This document shows, piece after piece, positions 53,324 to 64,000 of a DNA stretch of 64,000 nt; positions within the stretch are counted from its first letter, which is position 1, and every line of letters begins with the position of its first letter. A model generated the notes under the pieces. That model had not been told where the DNA came from. It did not search any database and was given only the letters and a program-made list of their open reading frames with translations. This stretch comes from Octopus vulgaris. Its lineage: Eukaryota. Both the position numbers and the translations under genes were made by a program. The stretch covers positions 140,554,001 through 140,618,000 of the forward strand of contig OX597817.1 of the NCBI GenBank assembly GCA_951406725.2, read 5' to 3'.

Positions 53324-53403
53324 AGGAGACAGGAAAGTCCAAGAGAAAAGGAAGACGGAGGGAAAACAATCGCCATATATATATATATTTCAGGAATGCT
53401 GTT

Positions 53404-53462
<59 letters not shown>

Positions 53463-53549
53463 AGAGTTTATGAAAAAAACAAAAGACGAAGACAGGTGGT
53501 GTACAAAACAAACAGATGTATTAGTATAACGCTCAGGAATAGAAAAAGT

Positions 53550-53585
53550 CTTTTACGTTTCGAGCCGACGCTCTTCTACAGAAAG
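53550..53585 (-). ncRNA. Minimal hammerhead motif, CUGUAGA variant, all stems intact
   Basis: Minus: CTTT CTGTAGA A GAGC GTCG GCTC GAAA CGT A AAAG. Confidence 0.68.
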
Positions 53586-53631
53586 GGACACAGAAAAAAC
53601 AAGGAGAGAAAAAAATGTGTGTAGTGGCTAA

Positions 53632-53691
<60 letters not shown>

Positions 53692-53851
53692 AAACAGTTA
53701 GGTAATGTGATACCATAAAAGAAAAATTCAGTCGTCACTAAATGTGAGCAAGGATGCCGAGATACCTATAATTGCTAGAAATAGCAGTCAAAATACTCTT
53801 AACGCTGTAGGAAGCGCGCAGATGTATTCAAACTTATGAGAGAGGAGGTAA

Positions 53852-54185
53852 CCGCCCCACGACCGACTCTAGAATCCCCAGACTAGACATCTATTTTTGC
53901 CTATTCTATACTTGAATGACATATGTCGGCTAATTCCGTCTCTTATCCCTAGTCACGCTTTGTGACAATTGAATCTTTTCCTTACACTATCACATTGCGC
54001 CTAGCTGTTTACCTTGATATTTTGTATGCGCATTAGCACTCCCCTAAATCCTCCATAGATTTTTATTGCAAATACATATATGCTGGCAGTCAGAATTAGC
54101 CGACATGTGCCGTTCGACCCCGGTCCTCAAAGACGGCGCCTACAGAATAGGCGAAACTAGACGTCTTCAGTCGGTCATGGGGCGG
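53852..54185. mobile_element. MITE-like element with long imperfect terminal inverted repeats
   Basis: ccgccccacgaccgact...gcctattct...atgtcggctaattc versus gaattagccgacat...agaataggc...agtcggtcatggggcgg. Confidence 0.7.
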
Positions 54186-54504
54186 AAGAGGAAATAATAT
54201 TTTGGAATTTATTTTTTGGAAGTTACCTTTTATTTACTCAACTATTTATTCTAGCCCGGTATTGAGCACTTTCAATAATTGATGTTTATTTGTATCTTCT
54301 TCAATTACACACACACACACACACTTTTTGTATACTTGTGTGGTAGTAGAGAAGGATAATTTGGAGCTGTGGGGCATTATGTCTGAAAAAAATTTCGCTG
54401 CCATGGCCATATATTGATCTCACCAATCTGCGAGGAACTTTAAAGGTCAGGGACGAAATTAATTTCTTCTGATTAATACCATTTATTTAAAATGTGGCTG
54501 GCGG

Positions 54505-54610
54505 TTATTATAGTCGTCGTCGTCGTGTTGATGTTGTAGTTGACGTCGTCGATGCTGTTGTTGTTGTTGCTCTTGTAGTCGACGCCGTCGTCGTTGTCGT
54601 TCTTATTGTT

Positions 54611-54675
<65 letters not shown>

Positions 54676-54784
54676 TGAAGTAGTAGTAGTAGTAGTGGTA
54701 GTAGTGGCAGTAGTGGTAGCTGAAGTTGTAGTAGTAGTAGTAGTAGTAGTAGTGGCAGTAGTGGTAGCTGAAGTTGTAGTAGTT

Positions 54785-54821
<37 letters not shown>

Positions 54822-54983
54822 CTGAAGTAGTAGTTGTAGTAGTAGTAGTTGTTGTAGTAGTAGTTGTAGAAGTAGTAGTTGTAGAAGTAGTAATAGTTGA
54901 AGTAGTAGTCGTAGTAGTAGTAATAGTTGAAGTAGTAGAAGTATAGTAGTAGTAGTAGTAGTAGTTGAGTAGTAGTAGTAGTT

Positions 54984-55027
<44 letters not shown>

Positions 55028-55045
55028 TGTAGTTGTTGCTGCTTT
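54505..55045. repeat. Degenerate (GTA/GTT/GTC)n trinucleotide tract
   Basis: Directly visible. Confidence 0.95.
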
Positions 55046-55401
55046 CATCGTGGTAGTGGTAGTCGTTATCGTTATTGCTGTTGCTTGCTACCGTTATTAT
55101 TTAGCCCCAGGTCACTACTGATTATGCAGACATATGATCAAAGACATTCCAACCATTCTAAAACATATTTCAAACGTGATGTCTCGAAGCCCAAATTACC
55201 CAGTATGCATTTCCTACTTTTAGGCGTCAGGCAGTGAACTGAGGGAGGTTTTGCTGTTATTTCTAGCGGACCAGGCCACCACCTACAGGTGGAGCCATGG
55301 TTAGCTTTGCATGTGTGTATGTGTGTGAGTCGGTTTATGCGTGCGTTTACGCGTAGGCATGATCAGTCATGCATTGTATGAGTGTTTGAACCGCGATGGG
55401 G

Positions 55402-55442
<41 letters not shown>

Positions 55443-55481
55443 TATGGTCATTGATTCAGCCAGTTTATGCATGCGTAGCAT

Positions 55482-55888
55482 ACTCTTTTACTTGCTTCAG
55501 TCATTTGACTGCGGCCATGCTGGAGCACCGCCTTTAGTCGAGCAAATCGACCCCGGGACTAATTCTTTGCAAGCCCAGTACTTATTCTATCGGTCTATTT
55601 TGCCGAACCGCTAAGTGACGGGGACGTAAACACACCAGCATCGGTTGTCAAGCAATGCTAGGGGTACAAACACACACACACAAACACACACACGTACACA
55701 TATACACATACATAAACATATATACGACAGGCTTCTTTCAGTTTCCGTCTACCAAATCCACTCACAAGGCATTGGTCGGCCCGGGGCTATAGCAGAAGAC
55801 ACTTGCCCATGATGCCACGCAGTGGGACTGAACCCGGAACCATGTGGTTGGTTAGCAAGCTACTTACCACACAGCCACTCCTGCGCCT
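55482..55888 (-). mobile_element. SINE family C, full length
   Basis: Minus head aggcgcaggagtggctgtgtggtaag...gggttcagtccc; internal (TG)n; tail ...gactgaagcaagtaaaagagta. Confidence 0.92.
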
Positions 55889-55949
55889 ATGTGTATAATT
55901 GTGTCTTTTATGTGTGTGTTGTGTGCGTGTCTCTGTGTCAGTGTGTGTT

Positions 55950-56021
<72 letters not shown>

Positions 56022-56335
56022 CGAGAGAGAGCGTGGTGTGCAGGTGGAATCAGCGATGTATTCGCGTACATGTATGTGTATATATAAATATGCGTGGGCG
56101 TGAGCGAGGAAGCAGCTGTGTGTGTGTGCGTGTGTAAGTTTACGTAGGTGTGATCAGTGAATCATTCAATACATATATATATGTGTGTGTGTGTGTGAGT
56201 GTGTGTATGTGTGGGTGTGATTCAGTTTATGCATGAATATGTCTCTGCATAAATATATGAATGCAGTTTGTGATGCTACGTGTCTGTGGCTATGTGCATG
56301 TGTGTGTGTATGATAAAGTGTTCACTGATGTGTGT

Positions 56336-56785
56336 TTATATGTATGAATAATGTATGAATGTATGTATAAACATGTGTGTCTTTATCTGTATGTGTATAT
56401 GTCTGTATGCATGCATGTATGCATGCATGTTTGTATGTATGTATGTATGTATGTATGTATGTATGCATGCATGTTTGTATGTATGTATGTGTATATGTAT
56501 GTATATGTATGTATGTGTGTATGTATGTATGTGTATATATATGTATGTATGTGTATATGTATGTATGTGTATATGTATGTATGTGTATATGTATGTATGT
56601 GTGTATAAATGTATGTATGTATGTGTGTATGTATGTATGTGTATATGAATGTATGTGTGTGTATGTGTGTGTATGTGTGTGTATGTATGTGTGTATGTAT
56701 GCATGTATGTGTGTGTATGTATGTATGTATGTATGTATGTATGTATGTATGTATGTATGAATGTGTGTATGTATGTATGTATGTA
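56336..56785. repeat. Compound (TATG)/(TG) microsatellite
   Basis: Directly visible. Confidence 0.95.
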
Positions 56786-56842
56786 GATGCGATCAATAAT
56801 CTAGTGTGCGTCGAGACCAAGGCTGTTCTTCGCTAGAAGACT

Positions 56843-57192
56843 TTATTCTTTTACTTGTTTCAGTCATTTGACTGTGGCCATGCTGGAGCACCGTCTTTAG
56901 TCGAACAAATCGACTCCAGGACTTATTCTTTGTAAGCCTAGTACTTATTCTATCGGCCCCTTTTGCCGAACCGCTAAGTTACGGGGACGTAAACACACCA
57001 GCATCGGTTGTCAAGCGATGTTGAGTGGACAAACTGACATACAAACATAAACACACAGATACATATATACATACATATATAAGACGGGCTTCTTTCAGTT
57101 TTCGTCTACCAAATCCACTCACAAGGCTTTGGTCGGCTCGAGGCTATAGTAGAAGTCACTTGCCCAAGGTGCCACGCAGTGGGACCGAACCC
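56843..57192 (-). mobile_element. SINE family C, head truncated
   Basis: Homologous to 55482-55888. Confidence 0.9.
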
Positions 57193-57291
57193 GGTCGGAG
57201 ATTTGGACAGTACTCGCATGTGTGTGTGCGCACGCAGCTGTATATGAATGCGCTAGCACTATGACCCGGCGTTGCCGGGTCAATGTGCTAG
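57193..57291 (+). mobile_element. Helitron 3' end, same family as 22751-23129
   Basis: ggtcggagatttggacagtactcgc...tgacccggcgttgccgggtca...CTAG|T. Confidence 0.8.
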
Positions 57292-57486
57292 TACAATATT
57301 ATTTTGGACGTATATCTTCTGTGATGATTTCTTTAATGTAATTTTCCTGCTCTTATTTTATAATATAATATGATATAATATAATATAGTATAGTATAATA
57401 TAATATAATATATATATATATATATATATATAAACTTACTTGGAGGAAACGAAACGACGCGAGGGCGCTCAGTCATACAATAGTGT

Positions 57487-57843
57487 AATAAATAAAATAT
57501 ATGCATACATACATACATATATGTACGTACCTACATCTACATGTATATATACATGCATATATAAATATATATACGTGAGTACAGGACACCACAAATAGAC
57601 GTAGAACTCAACGAAAAAACGAAAACGTAAAAACAAACATGGAAACGGACCTTTATTTAACTCTGTTTTTTCGTTGTTAAAAACAGGTCCGTTTCCATGT
57701 TTGTTTTTACGTTTTCGTTTCTCGTTGAGTTCTACGTCTATTTGTGGTGTCTTGTACTCACGTATATATATTTATATATGCATGTATATATACATGTAGA
57801 TGTAGGTACGTACATATATGTGTGTATGTATGCATATATTTTG

Positions 57844-57849
<6 letters not shown>
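57487..57849. repeat. Near-perfect 175-bp inverted repeat with 14-nt spacer
   Basis: 57487-57661 is the reverse complement of 57676-57849 with only a few mismatches. Confidence 0.93.
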
Positions 57850-57897
<48 letters not shown>

Positions 57898-57900
<3 letters not shown>

Positions 57901-59470
57901 GTTCACAATCCTTTATCCGGTACCCTTGGGGACAGTTGTGTTCTGAATTTCGACCTTTTTGGGATATCAGAACAAAAGTCAGCTGCCCCAGATTGTAAAG
58001 TAGACATCAAAAGAGACGTCCTACTACGGTAACAAGAGCACATGTATACATGTATACATACTCACAGACAGTGGGAAAAATAAATAGCTATAGAGTAATA
58101 TACTGGTAAATGAAATACTGAGATAATTTTAGAAATCACAAATAAAAAAAAACATATAGTAGGATAATTTAAAACAAAAATACACAATCCACAAGTACAG
58201 GTATACGCGCTACCATAATATTTCTGCAGAGAGACGCTCAAGTATTTGAATACAGAAAGACTACAAATGATATTACAGTTTATTCATATGTTGGACCCAT
58301 AAATTGGTTCAAACTAGGCTAAATATGTAACTGCAGTTAAGTTGTAGAACAGGGTCCGTCAGAGTCACCAACGTTGTCATAAGGTTGCAGGCAAATCTCC
58401 GATGGGTGGGTTAGCAACGGGATTCTCAGGTGATGAAGTAGCAATACGAGAGATCTCAGTTTTAAAGACTTCTTCAAGGTCATCTGTCTCATTAGCAAAG
58501 GTTTCTATCTAAGCAATGTCTCTCTAACTGAGTAAACTCCCATAATATGCTGATCACTGATAAATGCACGTTGTTCAAGGCCAGCTATTAACTGATCACA
58601 AATTTTCGCAATATCGTCTTTAGGAACTTTTTTTTTTTTACCTATGTTCTCTGTGTCAGCATCTCTACTGTCTTCATTCTTATCCGTATTTAACACCATT
58701 TCAGCAATTTCCTATCACTCAAGGAATGCACAACAGGTGCATCATTATCAATGTTTAGCATTTCTTCAAAGTCCGCTTCCTCTAGATCACTTACACTTCC
58801 GCACGTTAAACTTTTAGTTACGAGTTTTGATATTGTCTTCTTTAGCGACATAGAGTCTTTTTCATCAAACATCGCTATTGGCCAAATTCTGTGCCAAGCA
58901 TTTGTTAGTGATTGATTTATTAGCATCATTTCAAGCATTCGCAACTGAGTAAATGGCATCCTTAACGGTGAACTCTTTCAAGTTGTCTTGCATTCTTACT
59001 CCTTTGTTGACTATATCAAACCCACAGCCCATTAAATTATTTATATAGTTGCTCTTCATGGAGCGTAAAATTCCTTGGTTACGATGTGGTAAAACAGATG
59101 TCATATTGCGAGGCAAGTAAATGCCGAAAACATTACTTTACACAAGAACTTCGGCAGGGGGATATGAGGAGTAGTTGTCCAGGAGCAATAAAATTTTAGT
59201 TTTCTTCCAGTTCAGCTTGTTTGCAATGAGCTCGTGTCGCTGTTGCAAAGTGATTATCGAACCAGTCAGAAAATATTTCTCGGGTTACCCATGCTTTCTT
59301 GTTTGCGTAATACTGCACAAGGAAATTAACTACGCTTTTCAGACATGTCGGACGTTCGCTTTTTCCCAAAGACGGCCAGTTTCACCTTGTGTGTGCCTGC
59401 AGTATTAACACATCCAAGAATAGTTAACCTTTCCTTAGCATCCTCAAAATCATGCGCCTTTTTTATCCTT
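57898..59470 (-). mobile_element. pogo/Tigger-family DNA transposon, 3' part, degraded DDE transposase
   Basis: Minus frames KERLTILGCVNTAGTHKVKL, YANKKAWVTREIFSDWFDNHF, ILLLLDN, LPRNMTSVL..NQGILRSMK, VKDAIYSVANA, NAWHRIWP; end TA|CAGGTTCACAATCCTTTATCCG. Confidence 0.88.
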
Positions 59471-59508
59471 CATATATATATAAATATATATATATATGAA
59501 GCTCGTCG

Positions 59509-59725
<217 letters not shown>

Positions 59726-60254
59726 CAATATAAACATGCATGAGGAAGAGGTTGTGAGGGTATTCGGTATTTAGTATGTGTAGTCCACCTTCACGAATGA
59801 AAATCAGACAAGCTGATTCTCATTGGTTCAGGTGGGTTGGACACGTGATTAAAAGTGTGACAAGGCAGAAATATCGCTGGTTGGACTATATTTATAGCAT
59901 ACACATCATTTAGTTATATACTAACGTGTTTTCTTCCTCAAACCTTTATATCCTCTTACCCTGCACAAATTGTATTTATACGAGACTAATCAATTATTTC
60001 AGTTTTCCCTGCAATTGAACAGGTTTACATAATTTACACAGTCATTAACATGGCGCTGGTGAAAATATATTATTTTGAAGCTGTGTGGTTATCATGAATA
60101 GGAATGGGAGCTTTTTTTGCCACACCCTGTAGGTGAAACAGTCTGGTTTCTGCTCTCACAGTAGCAATACACACACATATGCTCTTCCCAATGTTTAATT
60201 CTTTTTATTTATAACATTTCCATTCCTTTATTCACCTACGACACACACACACAC

Positions 60255-60315
<61 letters not shown>

Positions 60316-60325
60316 CAGAGAGAGA

Positions 60326-60363
<38 letters not shown>

Positions 60364-60365
60364 TA

Positions 60366-60437
<72 letters not shown>

Positions 60438-61287
60438 AAACATATAACATTATATATAGCATATACTGGTCTCGCCTTTAACTCTTTCCGTTTAATTTCA
60501 TTTTATCTCACAAATTGATCACCTTTCTATTATTTTAATTTAATCAACTCCGTTCCTATTTTTATCTCATCTCGCTTTATCTCACATTATTGTATATTTT
60601 ACATTAATTTAATTTAACTCTATTTTATACATTTTATATTTCCACTTATTTAATCATAATAATCATTTTCGATTAAATGTATTCATTTTACCGTATCTTT
60701 ACCTATCTGTCGTTTTTTTTTTTTTTTTGGTCTTATTTCATCCTACTTGAAATTATTTAAAATTTAACCGACATCTGTCTTTATCAGTTCTTTGACTAAA
60801 ATATCTGTCGTATTTTAAGTATCTCACAATTCCTTGTCTTACAGAATTTTCTGATTTAATGGACATTTAGAATGTAAACTATCACAAACTATCAAATATT
60901 TTCGCTATAGTATGCCGTTTATTCTCAGGATGCTTGTCATATTCTGGTCGCTTTTCTGCACCGATAGCTGGCTACAGCCAGTAGGTTCAGATGTCAAACA
61001 GCCTCGTCCTTGTTAATTTAATTTCTTTTAAGCAAACCAATCATCGACAGACTTTCGTAACATTTTAACTGTTCCCAGAAAACAATAGCTCTCTCTACTT
61101 TGATCTTCTCTAGCCGTTTTGTAATGTTGTCATTTGCTGTTCCTAATACTCATACAATTACTGGTATGGTAGTTAACTTTCTTCATTTTCCACATCCACG
61201 TAATTTCTATTCGTGTATTGAACGGACATGATGCATTAATAAGGATACAGTTCTCATGAATTTTATCAACAGCTGTAATGTCCGAAG

Positions 61288-61296
61288 TAGTAGTGA

Positions 61297-61376
<80 letters not shown>

Positions 61377-61535
61377 AAACGGTGAGTTGCACAATTGTTA
61401 GCGCTCAGGACAAAATGCTTTAGAGTATTTATTCCGGCTCTTTGCATTTGAGTTCAAATTCCACCGAGATCAACCTCCCATTTCATCCTTTCGTGTTCGA
61501 TAAAATAAAGTACCAGTGAAGTACTGGGGTAATGT

Positions 61536-61615
<80 letters not shown>

Positions 61616-61660
61616 ATTCATAACCACACACACACACACACACGCTCACACACACACACG

Positions 61661-61712
<52 letters not shown>
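61288..61712. repeat. (TAG)n, SINE B remnant (61375-61535), (GATA)n and (CA)n cluster
   Basis: Directly visible tracts; gagttcaaattccaccgag...tttcatcctttcg core. Confidence 0.85.
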
Positions 61713-61714
<2 letters not shown>

Positions 61715-61964
61715 GGCGATTTAAGATATGAATATATTTATTTAGCAACTTTATATCCATACATTTAGAGCAGTTTCGTAGCCTTTTAATTTCGTTGTAT
61801 GATAATTTGTTTTACATGTTTGCACTAAAATGCATGCCACATGGTGCAAGCAAGAGTAGAAAAAAAACTGTAAATTGGCAGAGAAAAGCACTCGGCGGTG
61901 AGCACCGTAATCAGGTCTTTAAGGAAAACCATGCTATTAATAAATTGGTACCATTGGTAATAAC

Positions 61965-62062
<98 letters not shown>

Positions 62063-62119
62063 CAACATAGCATGGTATGTAAAAAATGCCACAGAACCGC
62101 TATTATTAGAAGTAAGAAG

Positions 62120-63031
62120 GTCAGGCTTGTGTAGGATGAGGGATTGCAAAGATAAAGCACTGTACAAGCAATTGAAAACGAATGAAACAGAAAATAGGTG
62201 GGTAAAGAAAAGAATGCCTGGACAATTTTATTGGGATGCTGAAGATAAGTCCGACAGAGAAACAAGATGGATGTAGATGACTAAAAGTGATTTAAAACCG
62301 GAAATGGAGGCTGTAATCTGTGCAAGCACTAAGAACAAATTACATCAAATACAGAATAGACAAAACATCAGAAAGTGATGAGTGCAGAAACTGTGGACAA
62401 AACGGTGAAACCGTATGGCATATTACCAGCCAATGTACGCCACAAGCTCAGAAGGAATATAAGAGACGCCACGACAATATAGCAAGCTGAATGTGCTTAT
62501 ATAAGTATGGACTTGACAGAACAAAAAAGTGGTACATCCATAAACTCGAAGACGTCATAGAAAATGATTCAGTGCGATTTGTGGGATTTTATGATTCAGT
62601 GCGACCATGAGATAGAAAATCGGAAGCCAGACATAGTCTTAATTGAGAAAGAAAGCAAACTATGCTGGATCATAGATATAGATTGCCCAGCTGAGAACAA
62701 GGTATACGATAAGGAAGAAAGAAAAGTTGATAGATATGACAGATTAGCTTGTGAGATTAAGCAGTTGTGGTCGATGAAAAAGGTAGCAGTAGTACCAATA
62801 ATTGTCGGGACCCTTGGAACAGTGAGCAAACATCTTGAGAAGTACATGGAACAAATAGGGGCTGCAATAAGGGTGGAGCATACGCAGAAAACAGCACTGC
62901 TTGGAACCGCTCGAATACTCCAGAAGTTGCTCGAAAAATAAGGGGTGTTACCTTGGTTCACTGGTAGTGAAAAGCAGGCACCATAGTACATCGTCAGCGT
63001 TAGCTGTGCAAAGGCAATAATAATAGTAGTA

Positions 63032-63085
<54 letters not shown>
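62120..63085 (+). mobile_element. R4/Dong-type LINE 3' part with (TAA)n tail
   Basis: CRNCGQNGETVWHITSQC knuckle; LWDFMIQCDHEIENRKPDIVLI...IIDI...VVPIIVGTLG...QKTALLGTARIL. Confidence 0.9.
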
Positions 63086-63086
<1 letters not shown>

Positions 63087-64000
63087 GAGAAATAGGGAAG
63101 GAGAAAGTAACCGTTAAAGAACCCCCTCCCATGGAAGAAGTTCAAAACTTTTGGAAAAGGATTTGGAGTGACAAGAAGACGTACAACATAAATGCAGACT
63201 GGATTATACAAACTGAAGGATCCTACCAAAATTTACAACAACAAGCATGGGAAGACATCACAATAGCAGACCTAAGAAAGGCACTCACGAAGGCCCATAA
63301 TTGGAAATCCCCGGTAAAGATAGGGTGCCGAATTTCTGGCTCGCATCGCTCCCGTGCGCACACGGTAAGCTAGTTCAGCTGCTCAATAGAATTATGAGAG
63401 ACCCAAAGAAAACACCTGAATGGTTAGCAAGTGGCATTACTTACCTACTCCCAAAGAATAACGAAACCAACCTTCCAAAAAACTATCGGCCTATAACCTG
63501 TCTATCCACCACGTATAAAATCCTAACATCTATCCTGGCGGAGAAAACATATGCATTCATGGAGAAGAACGATATTTTCCCCATTGAACAAAAAGGGTGC
63601 CGCCGAGGCTCTTACGGATGCAAAGATCAACTGCTAATCAATCGTATGATCCTTGAGAACTGTCACAACAAGCGCAGAAATCTCAGCACCGCATGGATTG
63701 ACTATAAAAAGGCCTTCGACAGTATACCGCATCCATGGATCTTGAGATCGCTGGACATCTTCAAAATTTCCCCTGTGATTTCAAACTTCCTGAAGCACAA
63801 TATGTCGTTGTGGAATACGAATCTCCAATTATACCACTCTAATGGAGTACTTGCCTCAGAAAATATAAACATCAACTGTGGAATTTTTCAAGGTGACTCA
63901 CTTTCACCTTTAATATTCTGCATAGCCCTAATACCCCTTACAAGTGAATTAAACAGAACAGGGTATGGGTATAAAATTGCCAATAAAAAAATAAGCCATC
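63086..64000 (+). mobile_element. Young 5'-truncated R4/Dong-type LINE, reverse transcriptase region (runs off window)
   Basis: NWKSP, frameshift, GKDRVPNFWL...NYRPITCLSTTYKILT...EQKGCRRGSYGCKDQLLI...AWIDYKKAFDSIPH...GIFQGDSLSPL, open to the window end. Confidence 0.93.

Larger units (their letters stand above)
53180..53632 (-). mobile_element. Two adjacent Penelope-like pLTR fragments (P2 at 53180-53375, P1 at 53460-53632) within (TA)n
   Basis: Homology to 12170-12370 and 1041-1215. Confidence 0.75.

Noticed and set aside
54473-55048. Mucin-like poly-Thr or poly-Val ORFs
   Set aside because: Degenerate trinucleotide repeat with frame switches and no splice or domain support.
60105-60131. 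Isolated Tc1/mariner-like end (cacaccctgta); similar ends near 46400 and 26873
   Set aside because: No matching partner TIR or transposase identified.

Overview
AT-rich, repeat-dense animal genomic DNA, most likely from an octopus or other coleoid cephalopod (inferred from the repeat families as I recall them; not verified). The only host coding sequence I can support is one 294-nt internal exon (23182-23475, +). It encodes the C-linker and the start of the cyclic-nucleotide-binding domain of a cyclic nucleotide-gated (CNG) channel alpha subunit, so the rest of the window is probably its very large introns. These are filled with microsatellites, R4/Dong-type and RTE LINE fragments, Penelope-like elements (PLEs), several tRNA-derived SINE families, a non-autonomous Helitron, Tc1 and pogo/Tigger relics and a MITE. 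The most striking unannotated signal is about 13 hammerhead-ribozyme (HHR) motifs of the minimal type found in PLE termini, with palindromic stem III. They include an intact sense copy, a U3-A8 core variant, a family with a fixed CUGUAGA core and compensatory stem I changes, and long-stem-II versions inside inverted-repeat elements. Several long inverted repeats could form dsRNA in the channel pre-mRNA. Nearly all ORF-track entries are microsatellite or repeat artefacts. All calls were made by eye and repeat boundaries are approximate.
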